From contig CBDCCK010000002.1 of the NCBI GenBank assembly GCA_965214835.1, positions 2,976,001-3,040,000 of the forward strand: a stretch of DNA of 64,000 bases, given 5' to 3'. The notes beneath the pieces were generated by a model that saw only the letters and a program-made list of their open reading frames with translations, was not told where the DNA came from and ran no database searches. Positions within the stretch are counted from its first letter, which is position 1. Each line of letters opens with the position of its first letter. This DNA is from Nitrosopumilaceae archaeon. Lineage in GTDB: Archaea > Thermoproteota > Nitrososphaeria > Nitrososphaerales > Nitrosopumilaceae. Of the stretch, positions 10,392-20,864 are shown piece after piece. The position numbers and the translations under genes were made by a program.

Positions 10392-10988
10392 TTAGAAGCC
10401 TTTTGGCAGGGTACCGCGAGTCTTTTTTGGCTCAGGCGGTGTCGTCTGGGTCTGGGTTTGTGCCGATCCGGCGCCAAAGCTGATATCATATCCGGTGAAT
10501 GCCTTCTCCGGGGGGTGGTATGCCAGCCTTGCCCTCGTTGCAAAGTACTGGTTTGAGGGCTGCGTATAGCCGGTTACCTTGGCCTTTTGCTCGTGCCAGC
10601 TTGCCGTTGCGACCTTTCCTACCGGGGCGGTTCTCCTGACAAAGTAGCGGTTTGGTGCCGGGGCATAGCCGGTGACCTTGGTCCGATAATCATGGAAATC
10701 AGTCATGGCGGCGTTTGCATACGCATGCTCCAAGGATCCTGCCTCGGGCTCTGCAGGCGGGGCCTTCTCTGCTGCGGGCTGCTCAAAGCCCTTTGGCAGG
10801 CTGCCTCTTTCCTTCTTGGAAGCAGGTTCTGCCGGTTTTGTCTCAGCAGGTCTGGCCTGCTCGGCTGGCTTTGCCGGTTTTGGGGCAGGCTTGGTTTCCA
10901 GTTGAGCTGAAAGCTGCGATACCTTTGCTTCCAGTTTGGCAATTTTTGCCTCTAGCTCTTTTTTGGTTGTCCTCTTTGAGGTTGCCAT
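10392..10988 (-). CDS. Short paralogue of the KVTGY/RGTLPKGF protein
   Basis: Same core and same C-terminal RGTLPKGF; same upstream motif AAATGTAAATAAACC. Confidence 0.85.
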   Translation of the reverse strand: MATSKRTTKKELEAKIAKLEAKVSQLSAQLETKPAPKPAKPAEQARPAETKPAEPASKKERGSLPKGFEQPAAEKAPPAEPEAGSLEHAYANAAMTDFHDYRTKVTGYAPAPNRYFVRRTAPVGKVATASWHEQKAKVTGYTQPSNQYFATRARLAYHPPEKAFTGYDISFGAGSAQTQTQTTPPEPKKTRGTLPKGF

Positions 10989-11486
10989 GATCATGTGGCG
11001 CCTTGGGGGGTTTATTTACATTTGGTTTGCCTTCGGGCAAGAGCCTGTACTGTGAATCAAAAATCCCCTAGGATCAAATTCATCTGACCGAAACACGTGT
11101 TGATCGCCTCATTTGAGACAACACATAGCGGAGATAAAACCAGAGGACATCAGGCAGGCACACAAGAGTGAGTGGGATCCGCAGGTAAAGGCCAGGCTGG
11201 CCGCAGTAGGCATGGTCTGCATGCAAGGCTGCAAACTTGGGAAAACGGCAAGCTGCCTCGTGCAGCCAGTCATCTGAGCACGCCACTAGGTGAAGCACTT
11301 GGGAGCCATCTTCCAATGCTGACAAATACTATGCAGAATACGAGGACGGGTAAGGGCTATTGCGCAGTACGGGTTAGGAAACACCACCTACATCCACAGG
11401 ATAGGATCATGCATCAACCTAGAAAAACCGAGAACAAACGCATGTTCTTTGACATGTTTACAAAAAATGGCAAGCCCGTATACAGT

Positions 11487-11566
11487 AGATTTTATGCGTA
11501 ATCGGTTCAGATCTAGGATCATTACGAACAAATTCATCTCGTTCAGGTAGATTACACATAAAGCCT
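11487..11566. mobile_element. 80-bp MITE, AGACYTTATGCGTAAT family
   Basis: TIR shared with the IS5/ISL2-type elements; copies at 25545, 32335, 57177. Confidence 0.85.
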
Positions 11567-12775
11567 ATTGTCATGACGTTCTGCGCCCCGGATCTCTCGC
11601 TGAGCAGCACCCTAGCAGTTATCCACTCGTTGAACAGTATCATCTAGTAGTAAAAGCACAGGCATCCTGGCGGCCAGGTCGACGGTCCGGGTCTTGGCCC
11701 TGCACTCCTCCATCCTAGCGTATCCTGTCTCGATTCCCCACCTTGACGAGTACGACTCGATCTTGATTCCGGGCCGGTTCGTTGCAAACCCGATGAACTT
11801 TTTCTCCGGCCTGTCCTCCTTTGATGCATCCATGGGCTTGCCGTCATCCTCGGACTTTTTCCTCTCCGTTATTACAATCGAATACGTGGCAGAAGCCGTG
11901 TTGTTCTCGATTATATTTCTGGATACCCCGGGCCTCTTATCGTCAGCAAACTCGTTGTGTTGCGACCACGTTACCCGTGTTCCTGCACGGCATCAGGAAC
12001 TTGACATTCCTTTTCTGCAGCATGGCAATCACCTCGACTGAGAAGAACTCGCGGCCAGGCAGCAGGAGGCGCACCTTGATGCCGGCCCGCTCAAGCCGGC
12101 CAAGGATCAAACCGGCAGATTCAGGCACGGAATCGAGCCTTTTTACGTACAGCGCGCCCAGTGTCAGGCCCAGCCCGTCGTCGACGCACTGTATGGTGAT
12201 GTACAGCTCGACGTATGTGGTTCCGTCCTTTTTCTTCTGGCGCGACAGGTTCTCGTCATGACTCCTGTCGTAGCGGGCAATCTTGTGCAGGTCTATTGCT
12301 ATTGTCAGCCCCCTCTTTGGAATCCTTTTGGCCATGCCCAGTGTCTTGATCTGCCGCCTCACCTGCGCCTCAAAAGCACCCCTGGACTGCATCGGGACTG
12401 GTCTCCTTGATCTTGTAGGCAAACCACCGGGACGACGGCCCGGCGCGGCCCGTGCGCAGTGCCGCGTTGATGCATCCGCCCACCGATGCGTCCATGAGGG
12501 CGCCGCGTATCATGCCGCGGTTCAGGTCGTCAATTCCGTATACGGCGTTGTGCTTTTCTGACATTCTGACGCAGGAGAACATGTTCCTTCCGCCATCTGC
12601 AACATGTTCATATATGCGCGGGTTGTTCTCAAGATCGCGGTACTGTCTGGATTTTTGTTTTATCACGAAAACCACGGGGCCGCACCCCAATTGATCTGTT
12701 TGCATCTGTCAGTGTTGTCAAGATGGTCTAAATTCCTTGGTTTTCTGCCTGACTGGGGTACTTTTCACTTAGCTG
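11567..12775 (-). pseudogene. ISH3-family transposase, multiply frameshifted
   Basis: IAIDLHKIARYD, REFFS and YSSRWGIETGY fragments; terminus TTTTCACTTAGCTG at 12775. Confidence 0.8.
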
Positions 12776-12850
12776 GGCACATACATACAGACATATGTTG
12801 TATTGCATTCTATACACTAACTTTTTATTTTTTTATTATGTGGAATTAAC

Positions 12851-13096
12851 ATGTCAATAAACTCTAAACCCCTATCAGAATGCAAGATAGGCGAGGACAT
12901 AACTCCTTATTCTAAACTTGTAGCAAAATTTGATCTTTATGTTGTAGAGTCTGATGGTCAGCTTAGCGGTAGAATGAATATTGATAGAAATAGTAAATAT
13001 CTAACTCATGATGAAATTATCGGTGTTTTAGAATACCAGTTAAAAATACAACGGAAAATAAAAGAAGGGTATGATGCTTATCATAAAAACAAGTGA
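12851..13096 (+). CDS. Hypothetical protein (81 aa) in an AT-rich patch
   Basis: Clean ORF in AT-rich DNA; no recognisable motif. Confidence 0.55.
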   Translation: MSINSKPLSECKIGEDITPYSKLVAKFDLYVVESDGQLSGRMNIDRNSKYLTHDEIIGVLEYQLKIQRKIKEGYDAYHKNK

Positions 13097-13370
13097 TGTG
13101 AAGAGGTAATGGCATCAGAACGATTTTTGACTTAGTTTTTTCTCTTTTAATTTTTTATAGAGCCAACATGCTCCTACTATATTTGCAGGAGGCAAAATAA
13201 GGGGTATGTTGGTTAGTTTTGATTAACTGCAATTACTAATAACCAATTAATCAATAATTTTTATTGACAAAAAAGTAGTTAATTTTTTAGATTTTTTCCT
13301 GTTCTGTGTAATCTTGGTGATGTGGGATTTCACCGGGATCAGGAATGCCCGGCAATCTGGTCTTTCAGGC

Positions 13371-14032
13371 TGTTCTGTGTAATCTTAGGCACCTGAGACA
13401 TAGATCTTCTGATTGAAATGATGATGTTCTGGGCACAGTGCACTATGGTGTATCCGGGCCGACGGAGCGTGGGTCAAAATAAACGGCAGGCAGTGCTGCC
13501 TTTTTGCCTCGATGGACGACGATGCCCGGCACTGGCTGGCCTCGGATCTGGCAACAACCAAGTTCCAGCACAATGCCGATTCCCTCTTGGACATGACCAA
13601 GCAGGTAGGAAAGAATCCCGGGAACTTCATCACAGACGGGCTTCCAGCCCATGCCAAGTCCTCAAGGAAGGTATTCGGAAAGGGAACAAACCACGTGAAG
13701 CACATTCACCTAGCAGGCAAGCGTGACCGTGACAATAACAACAAGATGGAGAGGCTCAACGGCGAGATTAGAGACCGTGAGAAGGTGTTCAGGGGCCTCA
13801 AAAAGACAGACACTGCAATTCTTGACGGAATGAGGGCCTACTATAATTTCACAAAAAAGCACGGCGTACTGAACGGCCAGACACCGGCAGAATCGGCCAT
13901 GATAAGCGTGGACGGTACAAACAGGTGGAAGACCATAATCCAGAACGCCAGCTTGGGCAAGGATTCTGCCTAGGCACAAGCTTTCAATTCTGAGAAGATC
14001 CACATTTCAGGTGTCCAAGATTGCACAGAACC
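13371..14032 (+). mobile_element. Internally deleted IS6 derivative
   Basis: Both ~50-bp imperfect TIRs (GTTCTGTGTAATCTT...); keeps only the C-terminal DDE part (13512..13973) homologous to 4142..4828. Confidence 0.85.
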
Positions 14033-14076
14033 CAAAACAACCAAGTTTTATAAGCACATACAACAGTGGACTAGTA

Positions 14077-14466
14077 ATGGATGACTTTGAGAGGGACTAT
14101 CCCGGATTTGACTGGAGGAACACTCCCGCATACAAGCATCCGGGCGGAAAGGACTGTCCCTGTCCAAAGCACGAGTACATCAGGGAGCAGATCAACTTTA
14201 CAAGGACGGTAAACGAGTCGAGCCGGGGAGGGGGCGAGCCTGCCAAGGTAACCCTCAAGTTTTGTCCGGATCACTACAAGGTCTACATGGAGGAGGTAAT
14301 TCCCGCAATGCCGTTAAAGTACAAGATCCTTACAAAAATCGCGCTAAAGATCGGGGCCATACAGATCGAGCACCTCAACCATATGCAGTCAGACATGTGT
14401 TTTTACTGCAAGTTCGGCTCTGGCGGGCACGGCAAGAAGACCGAGATTCCGCCAATCAACCCCTAG
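14077..14466 (+). CDS. Conserved-looking Cys/His-containing hypothetical protein
   Basis: MDDFERDYPGFDW...CPCPKH...FCPDH...CFYCKFG; TATA (TTTATAA) at ~14046. Confidence 0.75.
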   Translation: MDDFERDYPGFDWRNTPAYKHPGGKDCPCPKHEYIREQINFTRTVNESSRGGGEPAKVTLKFCPDHYKVYMEEVIPAMPLKYKILTKIALKIGAIQIEHLNHMQSDMCFYCKFGSGGHGKKTEIPPINP

Positions 14467-14693
14467 GCTGGACCGACCAATACCTTGGGCCTGTTGGGAG
14501 TATCATGATGGCACTTTTTTCCGCACAGCGGACATGTTTTCCGATCCAGGAGAATGCACTGGCAGATGTGGGACTTTAGATACGCCTCGGCCGATTTCGT
14601 ATGCTCGCCGGTGCCGTTGCAAAACGGACACTGCGTGCCCAGCAGCTCGATTGTACCAAGTCCTCTGCAGACCGAACATTTCTTCCCACCCAC
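14463..14693 (-). CDS. Small DnaJ-like zinc-finger protein
   Basis: CSVCRGLG and CPFCNGTG (CxxCxGxG) plus CQC..CPLCGKKCHH; probable GTG start at 14693. Confidence 0.75.
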   Translation of the reverse strand: MGGKKCSVCRGLGTIELLGTQCPFCNGTGEHTKSAEAYLKSHICQCILLDRKTCPLCGKKCHHDTPNRPKVLVGPA

Positions 14694-14712
14694 ACAAACA
14701 CCCGGTACCCGG

Positions 14713-14824
14713 GTGGTTAAAACCCCTGTGCTAGGGTTTTTTTGTAACTTCCTGAGCGCGAGCATAACCGTGACATTACTGCTGACCCGTGGTTAAAACC
14801 CCTGTGCTAGGGTTTTTTTGTAAC
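14713..14824. repeat. Two identical 36-bp direct repeats separated by a 40-bp spacer
   Basis: GTGGTTAAAACCCCTGTGCTAGGGTTTTTTTGTAAC at 14713..14748 and 14789..14824. Confidence 0.95.
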
Positions 14825-14958
14825 AGTGCGGGCTCGAAGTCCAGACGTGAATTTTGCCTTACCGAAAACCCCGATCTAGTACGACCCGCGCCTAAAATCA
14901 GGAACGGCTGCGAGTCCGAGCTAGTCACATGCCCACATCCACGCCGTCACTGTACAAT

Positions 14959-16646
14959 AGACCTTATGCGTAATCGACCGGATCGAAATATTCCGACGGT
15001 GGCCGGCCATACATGCAAGGCTGACGGCATCACATGACGTGTATGAGGGCGGCAGAGTCCGTATATAGTGCAGCTACGAGCCATTACAGCTGGTAAAAAC
15101 TACAGTATAGTGCGGCATCGTGTGGCGCCGCAATGCGCTCCGTATCGTGGTATCAGAACCCATGCATGAGCTTCTTGTTCCGCTTGTCCCACAGCAGCCT
15201 AAAGTTGGCAAGCCCGGCCGTCACCTGGAACTCCCTGTCGAACTCCTCGGCGGTCCCGTCGTACGGATCACGCATCCGCTTGTACTGCTTTATCCGTCCT
15301 ATGGCGTGCTCTACTGTCACCCTCTTGCTGCTTATCCTCCTGTTCTGCGCTTTCTGTTTCTTTGTAAGCTTGCCTTTCCTTGGCTTCTTGTCGGGCTGCA
15401 CGGATGTGGCCCCGGGATACACCTCCTCGATTCCCATGTATCCCAGATCAGAGAACATCTTTACCTTCTCGTCCTCGGGGTGCTTTCTGTTGCTGCGCAT
15501 CCTGGCAGTCAGGATTCCCAGATCCGGTGGGTTGTTCTTTATCATGGTGAGGTCGTGCGTGCTTCCGGGCGCCGACTTGCTTGCATACATCGCCAGTCCC
15601 TTCTTGTCGGCAATCACCTGGGTGTTGCGCGTAAAGCTCTTCTTCTTGCCAGAGTATGCCTCCTTTCTTGGCTCCTTGTCTGTGGGGCGCTGTATGTCGA
15701 TGTGCGTGCCGTCTACAATCACGGTCAGATCCGGGACGATCTTCTTGACTTCCTTGATCGTGCGGGCGTTTCGTATCTTTCGCGATACGGCGTCCGGCGT
15801 GGGCAGTATCTTGGTGAATATCATGTCGCAATACCTGAGGTACCTGCATACGGTGCTCTGGTCTATGCCAAAGAATGCCGCAAGCTGCTCCTGTGTCGGG
15901 TTTCCGTACTTGCGCATCAGCGACATCAGCAGGGCGTGGCGGTAGGACAGCTTGCACCGGTTTCCGGGCAAGTTGTCCTCGTCTTCTGAGAACAGGGGGC
16001 CTTCTGTGTGCTTTTTGGCAAGCTTCGTAAACCGGTCATATATGTAGTCAAACTGGCGGAGGTTCATCGACGTGGTGTCGAGCACCTCGAGCCTGTGCAT
16101 GAGGGCGGCGTTGTCCGCGGAGCGCCTGTCGTCATCCCAGGTTGCGGGCCACATCCGGCGCTCGGCGTCCAGCTGCTGTTCCAGCTGCCCTATCCTCTCC
16201 TGATCCCGCTCCTGCCTCCTGCCGTCCTGCCTGCTCTTCTTCTCGTACTCTCTGATCTCCTTCCTGTACTGCATCCTCTCCGTCCTGTCCCGCGCCTTCT
16301 CCTTCCTGTCCTGCCTGCTCTTCTTCTCGTGCCTCTTGATCCTCTTCTCATACTTCTTGATCTTCTTTTTGTCCCGCGCCTTCTCCTTCCTGTCCTGTAC
16401 CTTCTCCTTCTCGTACTGCTCGATTCTCTTCTTCAGCAGTCGTATCTGCTCGGTCTCGGACTTTGCCATTACTCTTATGCGAGAATGGATCCCGGATCTA
16501 AATCAATCGTCTGAAAATAGTTGTGGTTTTGATCAAATATTTTCAACGTTGTAAGGTACAGTCGCGCGTGCGCCGGCCCTGACTTGCCTCATTTGTAGCC
16601 CGTGCGCCGGGGGCATCGCCGCTAATTTCGTTTACGCATAAGGTCT
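14959..16646 (-). mobile_element. IS5/ISL2-type element (DDE_Tnp_4-like), intact
   Basis: TIR AGACCTTATGCGTAA; 3-bp TSD AAT; apparently identical copy from 62992. Confidence 0.92.
15153..16469 (-). CDS. Transposase (438 aa) with K/E/R-rich N-terminal repeats
   Basis: HTH QEQLAAFFGIDQSTVCR; VDGTH, YSGKKK, DLGYMG, RVTVEHAIGRIK. Confidence 0.92.
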   Translation of the reverse strand: MAKSETEQIRLLKKRIEQYEKEKVQDRKEKARDKKKIKKYEKRIKRHEKKSRQDRKEKARDRTERMQYRKEIREYEKKSRQDGRRQERDQERIGQLEQQLDAERRMWPATWDDDRRSADNAALMHRLEVLDTTSMNLRQFDYIYDRFTKLAKKHTEGPLFSEDEDNLPGNRCKLSYRHALLMSLMRKYGNPTQEQLAAFFGIDQSTVCRYLRYCDMIFTKILPTPDAVSRKIRNARTIKEVKKIVPDLTVIVDGTHIDIQRPTDKEPRKEAYSGKKKSFTRNTQVIADKKGLAMYASKSAPGSTHDLTMIKNNPPDLGILTARMRSNRKHPEDEKVKMFSDLGYMGIEEVYPGATSVQPDKKPRKGKLTKKQKAQNRRISSKRVTVEHAIGRIKQYKRMRDPYDGTAEEFDREFQVTAGLANFRLLWDKRNKKLMHGF

Positions 16647-16649
16647 AAT

Positions 16650-17830
16650 GATGCCAGAAAGAGGTTCAGGGAGCAGAGTCGAGGATTCCGGCGATGCGGC
16701 CAGGGGCAAAAAACACGGCCCTCCGTGCGGACACCTGGGCGTATCTCACTGCAACCGGCCGTCGATGACATTAATGTACGATCTTGATTCAATGGTGTGC
16801 GTGTGGTGCGGCGCCCCGATAAGGATGATCAAGCCGCTCAACAAGCTTGTGAGCGACCCGGACGGCTCCATGCGCATGCTCACTGTCAATGCCATCATCC
16901 AAGACGCGGTCTGTCCCCAATGCGGCAGCGAGGTCGCCGCGGCAACCCCCGTCTCTAGGCGGCACGTCGCTTGGGCCCGTCTCGCTTTAATCATGAATGT
17001 TCTTTGAGAGGGGAAGCACCGGCAGAGACATTGCAGGGTACTTTTTGTGCCTGTTCGGATTCAAGATGGCCACAAACACGGTGACCGGCGCGCGGCATGC
17101 AGTGGCAAAGGCACTCCGACAGAGCATGATCCCGCACATGCAGTCATTCATTGCTGCCCGGCAGAGGATACAGATGGACGAGGCCGGGTTCAAGCGCGGC
17201 GACGGACGCATGGGGTACGTCTGGGCGCTCAACTGCGCGGGGGCATGCTTTGCAGTCTTTGCAGACTCCAGATCCTCGGAGGTTCTGCATGCATACTTTG
17301 GATGGCTGGATTCCAGTACCCCCATAGCCGTCGACGGGCTGTCCCAGTACAAGCGACTCTTTACGATAATCCGGAGGTGCCTGAGGCATCTTCTGGCATA
17401 TGTAGAACGGATTGCCGTCAGGAGGCCCGGAGGCGATGAAATACGGTATGACTCGCTGCTTGAGTTTTGCAATAGGATAAAGTCAGGACGCTTGCGTCGC
17501 TTACATATATGGAGCTTTCAAGGGAGGCACATAAAATAATCACCGCATGCGGGGACGGCCACGTGCGCAAGCACCTGTTAAATTCCATATACAACATGTT
17601 TACGTTTATGGCGTACCCGGGAATGCCGCCGCACAACAACGATACCGAGCGGTGCATACGCGGCGGGATCATATACCCTAGCGCAATGCGCGCCACAAGA
17701 TCGTGACCGACGTGGGAAGGGAGGTACTTTCTGCGCTGCTGGCGTTTTCGACGACATGCCGCAAGCAGAACATACATCCTGCCAGGGGACTCTTGGAATA
17801 CCAGCGAGATCCAGACTGTGGGGAAGCAGT
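16650..17830 (+). pseudogene. Degenerate IS66 transposase
   Basis: QMDEAG, VDGL, RRCLRH and PPHNNDTERCIR fragments spread over several frames. Confidence 0.8.
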
Positions 17831-17914
17831 ATCATGCAGGATTTTTCCTCACCCCGTTTTGAAAGAGTCGATCATGCAGGGCATGCCGGTTCCACAGGGG
17901 CAGTCATGAAATTC

Positions 17915-19429
17915 TCAAACCAGCAGCAAGAATACGGAGGCTGGAACCATTACATAGTCTGCCTTTGCATCCAAGGCAGTCTTTGAAACAACCAACCCCT
18001 TCTTGCGGCCCGTCTCGCTAAGAAAGCTCACTACCGGGGACAGCTCCTTTAGGTTCAGCCTGTTTCGAAATTTTACCTCGATTGGAACCTCTATCTTGCC
18101 CCCATCATAGAGTACAAAATCCACTTCACGGCCCTTGTCATCCTTCCAGTAGAAAACATGGTTGCCATAGTCATAGGTCTGCCTCTTTTTGCTCATGTAA
18201 AAGGCCAGCCTGATAAGATGATCAGCGACTATTCCCTCAACAATCTTGCTCTGGTTTGCCTCGTCCTCAAGGTACCTGAGGCCGGTTTCAAAGCTCCCCC
18301 TCGGGCTCAACCAGCCATTGAAAATGTGTACAAAAAACGGGTCATGAAAATAGAGCTTTCTGTCTTTTTGGATCATGGGAATCTTCTTTTGCTCCCCGTA
18401 GAGATGAATGATGGACAACACAGATAGATCATGCAGGGCATGTGCATGCTCCTGTGCGGTATTGCCGCTTCCCAACACAGCTTCTTTGGCAAGACTGTTC
18501 CAGGAAATGTGGCTGGTTAGGCTTTTGATTACGGCGCCGCCGAATTGTTTTAACAGAGTTTCGTTTTTTCCTAACTCACTCCATTGTCCCCTGATGCCTT
18601 CCAAATAACTCGTATAGGTACTTTCATGAATTGTGTTTGTCTTGATCTTTTCGTCTATCACTCTCGGAGTGCCGCCTGTCATCATATACTCCATCAGCAT
18701 ATCATTCATTTCGTTTTGATATGCGTTTATTTTATCTAACCTTTCATCGATTTCTCCGGTGACTAATTTTCTAAAAATTCCCTCCCTGTTTTTCAATGAG
18801 GACAGATTGTTTTTTTCGACTAGCTCCCTGATGCCACAGTTTCGCAGTGATGCGTATTCTGCAAACTTCATTGGAAGTAGGATTTTGTCATAGTTGTCAT
18901 CGATGATTCCCTTACGTCCGGGCAGCCGCTCGGTTGCATTGTGAATGTTGGTTGCCTGTGAGCCCGTAACCATCAATGTGCAATTAATTAATTTGTCGCT
19001 GTCTACTAGCCATTTGATGCCTTTTTGCCAGCCTGCTACCGATGATACCTCATCTAAAAACAGGTAAGAACGTTTTTCATCCCGTTGTCTGTTACTGACT
19101 TTCAAGTAGGCTTCAATCACATCAACTACATCCTGCGGGGTACTTGCTAAATCAAGCGAATAATACAGGATATTCCACGGGTTTGTTCCCTTTTCTAAAA
19201 AATCCCTGATCTGCAATTTGACCAGGGTTGTTTTGCCCACCTGCCTAGGCCCACGCAGTGTGTAGACTACGGTGTTATCTGGCTCAAAATCATATCTAAT
19301 TGCATACCCAGGTCTTGGATCGTGTCTTATTTTGGATTCTTTCCATTCTCTGATTTTTTTATCATCTTGAATGCTTGCAGGATCCTTCCACCAGGGATTC
19401 AAATCACGTATATCTGATTCTTTTACCAT
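17915..19429 (-). CDS. AAA_14-type ATPase with DUF4143 / PD-(D/E)xK-like C-terminus
   Basis: GPRQVGKTT Walker A, LFLDEV Walker B, RKLYFHDP, EVDFV...PIEVK; likely start MVKES at 19429. Confidence 0.9.
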   Translation of the reverse strand: MVKESDIRDLNPWWKDPASIQDDKKIREWKESKIRHDPRPGYAIRYDFEPDNTVVYTLRGPRQVGKTTLVKLQIRDFLEKGTNPWNILYYSLDLASTPQDVVDVIEAYLKVSNRQRDEKRSYLFLDEVSSVAGWQKGIKWLVDSDKLINCTLMVTGSQATNIHNATERLPGRKGIIDDNYDKILLPMKFAEYASLRNCGIRELVEKNNLSSLKNREGIFRKLVTGEIDERLDKINAYQNEMNDMLMEYMMTGGTPRVIDEKIKTNTIHESTYTSYLEGIRGQWSELGKNETLLKQFGGAVIKSLTSHISWNSLAKEAVLGSGNTAQEHAHALHDLSVLSIIHLYGEQKKIPMIQKDRKLYFHDPFFVHIFNGWLSPRGSFETGLRYLEDEANQSKIVEGIVADHLIRLAFYMSKKRQTYDYGNHVFYWKDDKGREVDFVLYDGGKIEVPIEVKFRNRLNLKELSPVVSFLSETGRKKGLVVSKTALDAKADYVMVPASVFLLLV

Positions 19430-19440
19430 GCTGATTACCA

Positions 19441-19677
19441 CTGAGCAGTTCATTATATATTCAAGAGTCACATACTGAGCAGTTCATTATATATTCAAGA
19501 GTCACATACTGAGCAGTTCATTATATATTCAAGAGTCACATACTGAGCAGTTCATTATATATTCAAGAGTCACATACTGAGCAGTTCATTATATATTCAA
19601 GAGTCACATACTGAGCAGTTCATTATATATTCAAGAGTCACATACTGAGCAGTTCATTATATATTCAAGAGTCACAT
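19441..19677. repeat. Seven perfect tandem copies of a 34-bp TATA-containing unit
   Basis: CTGAGCAGTTCATTATATATTCAAGAGTCACATA starting at 19441, 19475, 19509, 19543, 19577, 19611, 19645; no spacers. Confidence 0.97.
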
Positions 19678-20623
19678 CAGTCTTCCCAGAAGTAACTCAG
19701 AGAGGCACCGGTGGAGGGGGTTGGGCAGCATCCTATAGTCCGATGTACCGTGCTTGATCACGTCATTGAGGCACTGCTGGGTGATCAGGGGATCCTCGGC
19801 AATGATCCCCGTCACGCTCCACATCATCGCGTTTGCCATGACCCACGCGTTGAAGACCGCAGCCAAGTACACAAAGTACAGCATCCTTGCGACCGGGCTC
19901 TTGCGGTGGGTTCTGGCCTTTGCGTTCTCTATCGGGGATCGAGGCCGGATACAGGCCCCATCTGCGGCTGTACTCGTCCGGACGTAACAGGTTAGCCCCT
20001 GCCTAGGCAGCAATCAGGCGCGAATCTGCCTGCAGTTGTGATTTTCATGCCTGACCGGCAAGGGACGCAACTCCAACTCTAGGCAGGGGCTAACCTGTTA
20101 CGTCCGGATCTATTCCGGGCACGTTGGTCGCAAATCCGATGAGCCGCTCGTGTACCGGCAGCTTTTCCACGTCTGTCTTGCCTAGCAGCTTCTTCCTTCT
20201 CTTTGTGATGACCATCGTGTACCGCGCTGACTTGGAGGTGCCGGATACGGCCGACTCGACCTCCACTCTTTTTCTGCCATCATGTTCGCTGAGGGTTGCA
20301 ACGACGGCATCCGTGTCCTTGCACGGTATGATGTATCCGACTCCCGCCGCATCCAGCTCGGAGATGACTGCGGCCGAAAAGAACTCGCGGTTCAGCATCA
20401 CGACTCCGAGCTCGGCCCCCGCGCGGCGTGCAGAATCGATGGTTCTGCGCACGAAATCGGCCGTATCCTCAAGCGCCGGCATGTGCAGTACGCCCAGTAC
20501 AAGGCGGCAGTGCTTCACGATACACTGTATGGTTATATAGCGCTCAAAGACTGCCGTCCCGCCCTTCTTCCTGGAGCGGACAAGATCCCCGCCGTGCTTT
20601 TTGTCATAGCGCGGTATCAGGTG
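19678..20623 (-). pseudogene. ISH3-like transposase remnant interrupted by a 118-bp MITE (19984..20101)
   Basis: CAGTCTTCCCAGAAGTAAC terminus; NREFFS, IGFATN; MITE flanks GTCCGGAC/GTCCGGAT. Confidence 0.8.
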
Positions 20624-20715
20624 GTAGGAGTTTACCCCTCAGGCGACACTGCTGGTCGGAGCCTTCATGATCACGCCTACCGCGCCGTATCCTAGGTGGA
20701 GGGGCAAACTCTTAC
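20624..20715. mobile_element. 92-bp MITE related to the IS66 at 1228..2877
   Basis: TIR GTAGGAGTTTACCCCTC; copies at 25762..25853 and (split by an IS) 23467..24884. Confidence 0.85.
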
Positions 20716-20864
20716 CCTGATGCCTCCCACGCCGTATGTGACGTGCAGCCTGCGGCGCACCCAGTTGTGCAGCTTCTTCGGGGTGAGCTTTTCCATCCTG
20801 CGCAGCCTCGCGGCGATCTTTTTTATCCTGCTGACTGGAACCTTTGGCTTTCTGCCCCTGCCAG

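Noticed and set aside
9116-10988. Sialidase or RiPP precursor function
   Set aside because: No Asp-box or propeller features and no adjacent maturation enzymes.
19441-19677. CRISPR array
   Set aside because: Units are contiguous and identical with no spacers; no cas genes.
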